A stretch of 63,341 nucleotides of DNA, filler included, from Octopus bimaculoides (lineage: Eukaryota), in assembly GCF_001194135.2 (NCBI RefSeq). It is 8 parts of 8 records of this genome, joined end to end, with 100 filler letters (N's around TTAATTAATTAA, not from the genome) between each part and the next. Parts side by side here need not be neighbours in the genome. Positions count along the whole stretch, not along the records: positions 7,426 to 16,105 come from NW_026393216.1; positions 16,206 to 30,107 come from NC_068996.1; 6 more parts are not named here. The stretch is one strand, 5' to 3'. Positions within the stretch are counted from its first letter, which is position 1, and the number at the start of each line of letters is the position of its first letter. The translations under genes were made by a program, and so were the position numbers. This document shows positions 12,772 through 25,330 of this stretch, in pieces. The notes beneath the pieces are model-generated. The model saw only the letters and a program-made list of their open reading frames with translations, was not told the DNA's origin and did no database searches.

Positions 12772-13946
12772 TCACTCACTCCTAGTATCTGTCTACAAAT
12801 CCAGCCAAGACTTTGGATGATCTGATTGTATAGTTTGAGATAATTGCCTTATGTGCATGCTGTGAGACTGATCTGATCCAAACCCATACGGTTGGGAAGC
12901 AAACTTCTAAATTGCACTGTCATACCTGTAACTCACAACTGTATAAAGGTAATGAAATAGTGAAAATATTGTGTTATCATGCCATAACATTGGAAAATGC
13001 ACTGAAATATTATTTGTATGATTAGCATAAATCTTGTTATGGTTAAAGAATATATACATTATATATAAGTGTGTGTGTTTGTACTTAGACCATTTGATTA
13101 CTTCTGTATCATAGTTTTATACTAGTCTCCTGGAATTTGGACACAATGATTTTCAGTTAATTGTTGCAGTAATTAAGACAGAGAGTAAGGTTTAAGCAAA
13201 AAATCTACATGTAATCAGGCTCTTTACAGAACATATATACCTATAGTAGACGTGTGTGTGTGTGTGTGTGTGTATACACACACACATATAATAATTATTT
13301 GGACTTTGGGTATATGTCTATTAGTATGCTGATTGAAGTACATTCACTGTTTGGGCTACCTGATGTCATCCACAGTTACAGTATAATTTTTACTGGATCT
13401 ATATCAGGAATTCAGCAGTGTTTATTTGGTTTATAATTGATGAGGGAAACAGAAAATTGATTTGATACAAATCTTTATTCAACGCAACTGTTGTTTCAAC
13501 CCATAATTCAGCTGTTTCTTATGGGTAGGATATTGTGCATCTAGTTGTGTTGCATCAATCAGTCCAGTCTGTGTCTTCCCAGGTGGTTAGTATAAAAGAT
13601 ATCGTATTACATATACTGAGTTCCTCTAGGCATATTGTACTCTCTCATAGTGTGTGGGTACTCTGACAGAGAGGAGAATAATTCTGGGGTGATAACCTGC
13701 AGATGGGTCTGGCTACATATAACATAAATTAGAATAATAAAAGATAGAAAATAAAACCTTTCAAAGGATAAGAATTGAAAGTTAAAAGGAAGAAAGATGG
13801 GCACACATTCGTTGACATGAACACATGTATAGATGTACATTTCTGAAGAGTCCTATTGAATGGACGAAAGTGCTAATAAACAATTATCCAACATTCTGAC
13901 TACCTCCTTTTTCTCAATATACAATATCTGTACATCACTTCAAACA

Positions 13947-13987
<41 letters not shown>

Positions 13988-16798
13988 TATATCACATTTA
14001 TATATCATCCCTTTCCAGTTGCTTCTTGGCTTTATTCACAGAATTTTCCTGAGAGAGTAAAATGTTGCTATCCTCAACCAACTCCTGAAAAATTTAATTT
14101 CATTTTGGGCCTCTTGAATATCCAGTTGATATTTGCAGCAAAGTTCAGTTATTTCTATCTTTAATTGAGCATTTTTGATTGCTTTGAGCAAATTCTTGTA
14201 AAGCTCTGTCACATTCAAAAGTGTCCAGTCTGGATGCTTTTGGTAAATATGACCTGTGTGTCACCTCTTTTGGCCTTACATTGGAGACACTTCTTTATTG
14301 ACCTCTTCACCACTTTTCAATGTAGCTTTAACCAAACAGGTGACCACATTGTTTACATGAAAATAAATATTTTCAGTGACACAAATAGATTTGAAAATTA
14401 ATGGTTAAGAGAAGAGAATAAAAGGTCTTTGTGAGGTGGAATGCATCTCATCTCTGTATTTAAAAGTAATGAGTCAAGAAATATGCATAAGATTATATTT
14501 TTGAGACATATATTGATCATTGCAGACCTTCTGAAACTGTAAACCACTTCACTGTTTACTATTGTTCAGTCTGCTTTTCTGACCTGTTTTACAGCCAGAC
14601 GAGTGGTGAAGGAGCACTGGATGCTGACTTTTAATTCACTTGAAGATTGGTTCTAAGTTGTGAAATCAGTGGTGCCAAGTTAATAAAGCACCAAAACTGA
14701 TACATGTTGAACAGCAACTTTAGAACTGGTTGTCCAGTAGTTCATGTCTTATTTAAAATTCAGCCTTTTCTTTCTTGCTCTGGGAGTCAGTAACTTAATT
14801 CTAGTAATCCTATCAGGATGAAGTTTGGTGATGTGTGATATTACCCTTTTCCTTCTAGGTGGGTGCAAGAACTTGTTTTGGCTTTTATAGGGAAAATGTG
14901 TACGATAATGATTTTTAGCATTTGCATTCTCTTTTATTAATTAATTAATAAAATAGTTTATGTATTTATTCGTGTTTTGTACAAAAATAATATGCTAATA
15001 TGTTTTGGAATGTTTCTTTGGAGATATATTAACAAAAATTGAGTCTTATTAAATGAGTAATGAGACAATGTAAGTAAAGTAAAAAAAAAAAATTGTTCGA
15101 AAATTTTGACATGTGATAGTTTACAAATGTTTATTTTGATTAAAGTGTTGCTTTCAATATTATTATAATTTACAAAATCTCAATGCTTTTTCAAATATGC
15201 TATATTGTTTTCTCTTACTAATGTCTTCTTTATACCATCTAATTATATTTTGCTTTCAAAATAACAGTTTAACTGTATATGATATAACATATAATAAATA
15301 CTAAGATCTAATTATTTCTTTTAACAATGAATGAAAATTAACACAATCCTGTTTAATCACACCAAACAAAATTTTACATCTCAACTTTATTTAAAAAAAA
15401 AATTTCTATGGTAATTTTTCAGTTTTAATTATGCTAATTTAAACTAGTTTTTACTAAATTAATAACATTGTTCAAAATAGTATCTAAGGCAAAAGTATCT
15501 TATTAAAGTGAATAAGATAGTCATCTGTTGACTTACAAGTTGTGAGTAATTCCATTGTAAATACTGGTTGTATTTTTTAAGCTGGACATTTAATTACAGT
15601 TACCCTGAATTCAGTATGCATGTGTGCTTTAATTTGTCTATATTGTATATATTTGTTGATCTGATTGGGAAATTTAAGATATTGAATTAAAATTTTGTTT
15701 ACTGCCCTTCTCTTTGTTAAACATAGGGATATACAAAGGTGTATCTCCTAGAATTCCTTTGTATATTCCCCTATTTATCAAAGTCTGGTCTTATATAAAT
15801 ATTGCGGTGCATCATGGACAATCTTTCAATTTTTGTTGCATTCTGATCTATAGTATGTGATCATTCAGAAGCTCCTATTTGTTAAATAATATTATGTACA
15901 AATAGTCAATCAGTCTGTCTGTTTGTCTCTCTCTCAGAGAGAGTGTCCTACGTATTTGAATGAAAATATGAATTTACGATTCTTTTATTCTTTTACTTGT
16001 TTCAGTCATTTGACTGCGGCCATGCTGGAGCACTGCCTTTAGTCAGACAAATTGGCCCCAGGACTTATTCTTTGTAAGCCTAGTACTTATTCTGTCAGTC
16101 TCTTTNNNNNNNNNNNNNNNNNNNNNNNNNNNNNNNNNNNNNNNNNNNNTTAATTAATTAANNNNNNNNNNNNNNNNNNNNNNNNNNNNNNNNNNNNNNN
16201 NNNNNTATATATACGTATACACACATATGTATAGGAAGTATGAAGCATGAAGATAAAAAGAGAGGGAAAGGAAGAGAAAGAAAGAGAGAGAGAGAGAGAG
16301 GGAGAGAGAGAGACTGTAAGTCGTTGTGAACTTAGTTTCACTGCTAATGCTAACATAAGCAGTATGTGTGATTATTGTAAAAGGAGAATATGCTGGCAAA
16401 TATACACAGATTGATAAACAAATATACATATTCCAAAGTATATTTACATATACGGTCTTAAATATACAAACATCCACTCGATACGTGTACATAGACTTAA
16501 TATATACACATGAACATAACCCTTAGATCATAAATACTATCTACATTCGTAAATTTATGCATGCATAAATAAATACACTCACCAACACTCCTAGAGAGGA
16601 CACACGCATAAGAATATACTTATTATAATTAATACGCATACCATGTCATTCAGTCTCTCTAACAAGCAACCCTATCCCTCGCCTCATCCTGCCTTATTAA
16701 ACACTTTTCAAGGACAACTTTTCTCTTTGTTTTTACTATGTTGTTGTTCTAATTGGTAGCAGTAATTGCAGTGTATTGGTAGGTTTATATATATATAT

Positions 16799-17090
16799 AG
16801 GCGCAGGCGTGGCTGTGTGGCATGGTTCCGGGTTCAGTTCCATTGCGTGACACCTTGAGCATGTGTCTTCTACTATAGCATTGTGAGTGGATTTTATGGA
16901 CGAAAAGTGAAAGTATGTATATATGTATCTGTGCGTGTTTGTTTCCCATCACCGCTTCGCAAACTCGTTAGTAAGCGGTTAACAGGCTTAAAAAAGAAAA
17001 CAAATACTTACGTCGACTAATTTGACTAATGATTCCGCAAGGCGGTGCCCCACCATTGCGGCAGTCTAATGATTGAAACAAACAAAATGT
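16799..17090 (+). mobile_element. SINE family 1 copy with internal deletions
   Basis: ggcgcaggcgtggctgtgtgg head, ggttccgggttcagttcc B box, tail gattgaaacaaacaaa. Confidence 0.8.
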
Positions 17091-17995
17091 TAAGTTAATA
17101 TCGCTTAGGCATTGCGAGACTAATAATCTAGAACTCAATACACATATGCTTCAGAATGAAGCGTTAGTCGAGTACAGAGCGGTAATAAGGAAATAACATG
17201 ACAAATAAATAAACGATTAGCGAACTTCATTGGCTAACAGCTATTTCTGCTATATGATGCAGAATACTCACAGCTGAGTCCTTTAGTAACACCATTTTGT
17301 TACATCGGACCTTCAAATATGAAGTGCAGTTTATAACAGAAACAGTTGTAAGCTAATGAAGCTCATAAGATTATCATTTATTCTTTATTCCTTTATAATC
17401 TTACACACACACACACACACACACACTCAAACACGCAGATAGATGATACATTGTGTTAATGTTTGTTTTTTAAGATCAGTTATAATAAAAAAAATTACTT
17501 TGATCTGATGGATTACTTTATAGAGTACAAACTTGTTATCCTTATGCATGATAGATGGCTTAACCGGCCGCAACTTCAAAGTCACAGTGATGAATATCAT
17601 TATTCTTGTTAAAGAGTAATATATATATATATATATATATATANNNNNNNNNNNNNNNNNNNNNNNNNNNNNNNNNNNNNNNNNNNNNNNNNNNNNNNNN
17701 NNNNNNNNNNNNNNNNNNNNNNNNNNNNNNNNNNNNNNNNNNNNNNNNNNNNNNNNNNNNNNNNNNNNNNNNNNNNNNNNNNNNNNNNNNNNNNNNNNNN
17801 NNNNNNNNNNNNNNNNNNNNNNNNNNNNNNNNNNNNNNNNNNNNNNNNNNNNNNNNNNNNNNNNNNNNNNNNNNNNNNNNNNNNNNNNNNNNNNNNNNNN
17901 NNNNNNNNNNNNNNNNNNNNNNNNNNNNNNNNNNNNNNNNNNNNNNNNNNNNNNNNNNNNNNNNNNNNNNNNNNNNNNNNNNNNNTATATATATT

Positions 17996-19000
17996 TCAAT
18001 ACGGAGCAAATAATTCACGAGAAAAAATAATTCATGAAAAAATAATTTGCGAAGATATCATTGACTCTGTTATTGTTTAGTGTAAGAATTTCAAAATGAT
18101 AATACAGTCGATTGCAGGCCCCCCACAAAAAGCATTGAATAGCTGAGGGATTAAAATTAATCAAAGGACATACTAAGTATGTCTACCTGCTGGAAATAAC
18201 AGTTAAAACTCTTAGTTAGATCGCAAGAATATATTGATGATAACTATAGAAATCAACCATCCGAAGGCGAACGGGCTAAGACAATCTCCCAACGCATATT
18301 CAAGTATCTGGACTCACGTGAACCGGTTTCTGCACTGGCAAAAATAGCCACAGATTCCTCAGCAATCCTTACCACAATAGAGACTCCCAACCCATCGTGT
18401 TGAAGTCTGGACTGCAACTGATTAGTTTTGCGCCGAAATCAGGGCAGTCACCAGTGTGAAAATAATTTCAATACGGAACAAATAATTCACGAGAAAAAAA
18501 TAATTCACGAAAAAATAATTTGCGAAGATACTTTTGACTCTGTTATTAACTGGCGTAACAATTTAAAAATGATAATAACAGAATCACTAATATAGGAGAT
18601 TACAGGTCCAGAATTAAAAAAAGCATTAAATAGCTGAAGGATTAAGATTAATCAAAGGGCATGCTAAGTATGTCTACCTGCTGTTTAAATATGCTTACCT
18701 TCTTCGTATGTCTACCTTCGGCGCAAAACTAATCAGTTGCAGTCCAGACTTCAACACGATGGGTTGGGAGTCTCTATCATTGTAACGCATCCCGAGGAAG
18801 CTGAGGCTATTATTTGCCAGTGCAGAAAACGGTCCACATGAATCCAAATACTTAAATGTACGTTGGGAGATTGTCTTGGCCCGTTTGCCTTCGGATGGTT
18901 GATTTCTGTAGTTATCAGTGTATTCTGGCGATTTAAATAAGAGTTTTGACTGTTATTTCCAGCAGGTGGACATACTTAGGATATCCTTTGATTAATTTTA
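17996..19000. repeat. Composite direct plus inverted repeat (A-B-A'-B inverted)
   Basis: 17996-18190 repeats directly at 18467-18682; 18152-18437 is inverted at 18717-19000. Confidence 0.88.
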
Positions 19001-20156
19001 GTACATGTGTGTGTGTGTGTGTGTGCGCGCATTTATATGTGTGTGTGAGTATGTATTTATGTATATATATATATATAATTTACAGAAAAGAACCAAAGTT
19101 TCTCACTGTGAAACTTAATATAATTTTAATTCTTGGTTAATTGAATTCAATTGAGTTTTTACCTGTCAATTTGGACTTTTATCCCTAATATTATATATAA
19201 TACNNNNNNNNNNNNNNNNNNNNNNNNNNNNNNNNNNNNNNNNNNNNNNNNNNNNNNNNNNNNNNNNNNNNNNNNNNNNNNNNNNNNNNNNNNNNNNNNN
19301 NNNNNNNNNNNNNNNNNNNNNNNNNNNNNNNNNNNNNNNNNNNNNNNNNNNNNNNNNNNNNNNNNNNNNNNNNNNNNNNNNNNNNNNNNNNNNNNNNNNN
19401 NNNNNNNNNNNNNNNNNNNNNNNNNNNNNNNNNNNNNNNNNNNNNNNNNNNNNNNNNNNNNNNNNNNNNNNNNNNNNNNNNNNNNNNNNNNNNNNNNNNN
19501 NNNNNNNNNNNNNNNNNNNNNNNNNNNNNNNNNNNNNNNNNNNNNNNNNNNNNNNNNNNNNNNNNNNNNNNNNNNNNNNNNNNNNNNNNNNNNNNNNNNN
19601 NNNNNNNNNNNNNNNNNNNNNNNNNNNNNNNNNNNNNNNNNNNNNNNNNNNNNNNNNNNNNNNNNNNNNNNNNNNNNNNNNNNNNNNNNNNNNNNNNNNN
19701 NNNNNNNNNNNNNNNNNNNNNNNNNNNNNNNNNNNNNNNNNNNNNNNNNNNNNNNNNNNNNNNNNNNNNNNNNNNNNNNNNNNNNNNNNNNNNNNNNNNN
19801 NNNNNNNNNNNNNNNNNNNNNNNNNNNNNNNNNNNNNNNNNNNNNNNNNNNNNNNNNNNNNNNNNNNNNNNNNNNNNNNNNNNNNNNNNNNNNNNNNNNN
19901 NNNNNNNNNNNNNNNNNNNNNNNNNNNNNNNNNNNNNNNNNNNNNNNNNNNNNNNNNNNNNNNNNNNNNNNNNNNNNNNNNNNNNNNNNNNNNNNNNNNN
20001 NNNNNNNNNNNNNNNNNNNNNNNNNNNNNNGTTTGTATGTCTGTGTTTGTCCCCGCAAGATCGCTTGGTGGTGTGCTTACGTCCCCGTAACTTTGCAGTT
20101 CGGCAAAGAGACCGATAAAATAAGTACTTGGTTTACAAAGAATAAGTCCTGGGGTC

Positions 20157-20199
<43 letters not shown>

Positions 20200-20511
20200 T
20201 ATATATGTACGAATATTTGTGAGTATATGTGTGTATTATTTTCAGTTGAAATAGAAGCAATTTTATTTTAATCTGATACTTTATTCTACACTTTTGTAGA
20301 GTACGAATATTATTTTAAACAGGAATATTTGATAGTGGCTTCGAAGTTTTGGCCAGCTCATGCATCATCGGATTGCAATGCATTGAAGTTAATCTTAGTT
20401 TTATACAGTCTCTGTTTTATACAGTCTCGCTGGTTGTCAAGCGGTTGTGGGGGACAAACACACACGCGCACACTCGCACACACGCACACACACACACACA
20501 CACACACATAC

Positions 20512-20601
<90 letters not shown>

Positions 20602-21119
20602 TGATGTATTGTTTCGTAGTCTGAGCAGCACATACAATTTATCGTATTTTTATTTATATATTTGAATTTTAAAAAAACTTACATTATGAGACAAAAATCC
20701 CAAAAAACAACAGCAGTTAGAAAATCTCGGATAGGTATGACAAAGATGAAATGATATAGTTTTCGTTGCATCTAAGTGTGGTTGCTAATCTATCATGCTC
20801 ACGTTACGCCTCACCTACCATCCAATCAATACGAGGTGTATCTCGATACAACATTTAACTAAACAAATACGCACACTCACGCACGCACACACACATACAC
20901 AGCGTTAACAGCAGGTGAGTTTCAATATGTTCAATCAGTCAGTTTTCCTGTAATAACAGCCAAATCTCTAACCGTAATGAAAATGAATACGAAAAACTAA
21001 AGGCACATAAAAATTTTGTAATCGAGTACTTGCTCCTCGTTCAAGTTGAGCATGATTTCTGTTTTTCTTTTAAGTAAACAACAACGAAGCACTCAGAAAT
21101 ACCTTTAGCTATATCAAAT

Positions 21120-21610
21120 AGTACTCCGTTGATTAAGAGGATCCAATCAAGAGAACAGCCTACTCGTGAAATTAATGTGACGAGGTTGACACTTTTAATT
21201 ACAGGTACAACTGACTTTTTTGCCAGCTGAATAGATTAAGCCAACATGAAATAAAGTGTCTTGCTCAAAGACACAACACACCACTGAGAATCAAACTCAC
21301 CACCTGACAATCATGAGCTGAAAAACCTGGCGCACCCTCAGTTACGACGATGAGTGTTCCAGATAATCCAATCAACAGAACAGCCTGCTCGTGAAATTAA
21401 CGTGCAAGTGGCTGAGCACTCCATAGACTTGTGTACTCTTAATGTACTTTGGGAGATTCAGCATGACAAAGAGTGTGTCACGACTGGTCCCTTGAAATAC
21501 AGTTACTACTCATTTTTACCAGCTGAAAGGACTAGGGCAATAAAGTGTCTACCTCGAAGACATCACGCTCCGCTGGGAATTGAACTCACGACCTTAAAAT
21601 TGTGAGCTGA
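21120..21610 (-). mobile_element. Two tandem tRNA-derived SINEs with a CORE-like segment
   Basis: Repeated atccaatcaa.agaacagcct.ctcgtgaaattaa and aaagtgtcttgctcaaagacac (reverse complement of GTGTCCTTGAGCAAGACACTT-type core). B-box-like ttgaactcacgacc. Confidence 0.65.
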
Positions 21611-21779
21611 ATGCCCTGGCACTGCGTCGGTTACGGCGACGAGTGTTTCAGTTGACCCAGTGGAGCACCAGTGACACGCACACAAAGATATACACACACA
21701 CACACATATCGTTTTTGGATTTGGTTAGATAACATTATATGTAGTGAAACCAGTGGTATCTACTTTAGATATTGAAGCA

Positions 21780-22330
21780 AAGACTGGAATAGAATACAAA
21801 GAGCTTGTGACAAAGCAAACAGGGTGAACACATGGTATAAAACTGACAAATATAAAAAAGTGATGTTTGTAGAAGCCACAGCTCATGGAGAACTAGCCCG
21901 TAGATTTAGAAAAGCTCTGAAGGAGACCAAACTCAACATTAAGATTTTTGAAAAACCAGGGAACTCCGTCAGATTACAACTATGTAAGACGTACCCCTTT
22001 GAGAATATCATGCGCACCAATGATAACTACATAGTATGTAAGATTAGCCCTGGAATTAATTGTAGAACTAGAAATGTAGTCTACAGCATAAGATGCATGG
22101 AAGGGGCTTGTAAAAATATGAACATGACATACACAGGGGAGACATCTAAGGGCGTCGCGGAAAGACTAAATGAACATTTGAGACAATATGACAAAAAACA
22201 GTCCTCCATACTCTACCAACATGCCAAGGACCAACATGGAGGCAACCTGGGTCAACTTGACATCCGCATTTAATCTAAGCACTCAAAAGACCTCAGACAT
22301 ATACAGGAATAGGTAACCATACCCCCATAG
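21780..22330 (+). mobile_element. Penelope-like element fragment, GIY-YIG endonuclease region
   Basis: ORF 21824-22273: VMFVEATAHGELARRFR...NCRTRNVVYSIRC...YTGETSKGVAERLNEH...LYQHAKDQHGG, showing the GIY-YIG and Cys/His pattern of PLEs. Confidence 0.85.
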
Positions 22331-22387
22331 CCACAGTTTATATTTATATACAGGTTGAATAGTTAGTGGGCTGTTGTGTAGATATAT

Positions 22388-22464
<77 letters not shown>

Positions 22465-23037
22465 CACATGTCTAGGCAAATGGATATGAAAGTAAACAGA
22501 TAGACATACAGACTGATAGATAATATGAATAGACAAGCACACACACACACACACACTTCACTTCACACAAGGACAAATAGGGAGAAACAGACACTCAGAC
22601 GTGCACACAAATGGATGCATGCATGTAAGTGTGCGTATGCAAGTATGTATGTGTGTGTGTACGTATGTATAGATGTATGTATGTGTGTACGTTTGTATGT
22701 ATGTATTCTGTATATTCATTTGTTTGTGTGCTTGTGTGTTTTTATGTATGTGTGTGTGTGTACCTCTGTACACACATACAAACACACAAACACATGAATA
22801 TGCAGAATACATACATACAAACATACATACATACGCACACACACTGACCTACATATATGAGCACAAACAAACGAAAAGAACACAGCTTGGATAATGGACA
22901 GAGTCAACAACTATTGAAAAACTTGCAAGACGCAACGAAAAGTTTAGAAAAATAAATAACTAAATGAGTGGAAATTTTAGCGGTGAATGTATTAAATTAT
23001 AAGGCATTAAAAGCGAATGACTCTCACCAGACAACGA

Positions 23038-23076
<39 letters not shown>

Positions 23077-24234
23077 NNNNNNNNNNNNNNNNNNNNNNNN
23101 NNNNNNNNNNNNNNNNNNNNNNNNNNNNNNNNNNNNNNNNNNNNNNNNNNNNNNNNNNNNNNNNNNNNNNNNNNNNNNNNNNNNNNNNNNNNNNNNNNNN
23201 NNNNNNNNNNNNNNNNNNNNNNNNNNNNNNNNNNNNNNNNNNNNNNNNNNNNNNNNNNNNNNNNNNNNNNNNNNNNNNNNNNNNNNNNNNNNNNNNNNNN
23301 NNNNNNNNNNNNNNNNNNNNNNNNNNNNNNNNNNNNNNNNNNNNNNNNNNNNNNNNNNNNNNNNNNNNNNNNNNNNNNNNNNNNNNNNNNNNNNNNNNNN
23401 NNNNNNNNNNNNNNNNNNNNNNNNNNNNNNNNNNNNNNNNNNNNNNNNNNNNNNNNNNNNNNNNNNNNNNNNNNNNNNNNNNNNNNNNNNNNNNNNNNNN
23501 NNNNNNNNNNNNNNNNNNNNNNNNNNNNNNNNNNNNNNNNNNNNNNNNNNNNNNNNNNNNNNNNNNNNNNNNNNNNNNNNNNNNNNNNNNNNNNNNNNNN
23601 NNNNNNNNNNNNNNNNNNNNNNNNNNNNNNNNNNNNNNNNNTATATATATATATATATATATATATAAGGGTTTATAGGACTGCAAAAAAGAGGTGCTCA
23701 AGTGTAATTGAGACAGAGATAAAGAAACATTGATCATAGAACAAACATCAAATTCGAGTCAACGACTTTATATGTAGCACCATACTTCCAAACATTTGAT
23801 CATAAATAAATATTACCATGGTTCTCCAACATATAAAATATACATATACAGAAAAAAAAAACACAGAAGGTAAAAGTATATATGCGAATAAAAATACAAA
23901 TATATAGAATAGCCTATCAAAGAGGTAAATATAATCGATGAAAAATTCTAAAGCGTGTCATGCTACTAAAAATCTAAATAAACTAAAATAAAATATCAAT
24001 CGACTAAAAATTTCTTTTTACTTTCCTCACACCAAAGAGTACGTCCAAAAAGTTCAATTCATAAAACCATTGTAGATTAGAGTCCATGAGCAAAAAGAGT
24101 TTCACAAAATCAAGTCAAACACACCTATGGCCGTTTCGGGAGTTCATTGCCCTTGTTCGATTACAGTTAAAGTGCATTTTGGCAATGAACCCTTCATCAG
24201 GATGAACAAGAAACTCAAACAAAACCAAAAATGA

Positions 24235-25330
24235 TATTTTATTGCCCACTAGGGGCCAACATAAAGGGGACAACACAATCTGATTTTAGGGGTCAGATGA
24301 AACGCGAAGTATCTCTGAAGACTGAAGCGAGAGATGAAGCTTCCTGTCGTTATTCTTTTCATTTTCATCTTCCATTCCGCCTCTTTCGCGATTGCTACTA
24401 CGATGAGAAAGCAATTCTTACCTTCATTCGACAGGAAATCAAGTGGGTCAATTTTAAAAATTGACTCAGACGATAGCTACACTCTTCCTGCACAGATAAC
24501 AGATGTTTCGCATAAGCCCACACCTCCGACACCTCTGACACCTCCGAGAAGTGAACAATAGCGTGCGGGACGGTTTCCCTATCCCGCCCACGTCTTGGAG
24601 GGATCGCTGTGTCGCATTGACCGTGTCTTGCGAGCTTATCTCCAACAGACAAGGCTCCTCGGTAACATTGCCAGGTCAAAGAATTTTGGTAATTATTCAG
24701 AGTCTTCAGTCCAAATGTACGTTGGAATAGACTGTCGAGTTGCGTCCATTTCTGGTGGGATTCTTGCAATTCGTGCTTTTGAGGTCCGCCTCCACATATA
24801 CATTAGGAGCAGGACCATTTCTGTTTTAAGAGTTTCGCTGGAATGGTTCTGTGCTTTTTCTTCACTCACCATTCTTACTTCAACAGTACCGAATTTTTTT
24901 TACCTCTGGTAATGTACTCAATATCTTTCCATATCGTTTTCAAGCATTTCTCAACAGTTTCTTGCATTCTGTCAACTCTTTTGTTTTTTCAGCTTTCTCT
25001 TTTCTTCTTCCATTAATATTTCCGGTGGTAAGATTTTTACTTGAGTTCCTTCTTTTTTTAGTATTTGTTTATACTTTTCTAGTTCGTCTTTCTCCGTTGA
25101 TATCTTCTTTATTTTTCCTCCTGCTGCAACCGCAAAACTTTTCTTTTCTGTGGGAGCTAAAACTGGCTCACCACTTCTTCAACCTTTGAACGTCAACATT
25201 TCTTTTAGCTTCTTTTTCGGGAGACTTTCTGGCTTCATTCTTTTTAACTGGCGAAAGTACCGGAGATATTGGTGATAAGACCGGAGTTGAGAGACTGGGG
25301 AATTCTTCACTGGATTCCATGACAAAAAAA
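24235..25330 (-). mobile_element. L1/Tx1-like LINE with ORF1 start fused to the ORF2 C-terminus (RT and endonuclease deleted)
   Basis: ATG at 25320 opens a frameshifted ORF1-like segment (YITRGKKKFGTVEVRMVSEEKA...RIARIPPE). Near 24745 it switches to LTWQCYRGALSVGDKLARHG..PRRGRDRETVPHAIVHFSEVWAY, a decayed zf-RVT motif. AATAAA at 24243-24238. Confidence 0.7.

Noticed and set aside
14036-14300. Minus-strand 60-80 codon open stretch
   Set aside because: No recognisable domain or splice signals, and an upstream in-frame stop.
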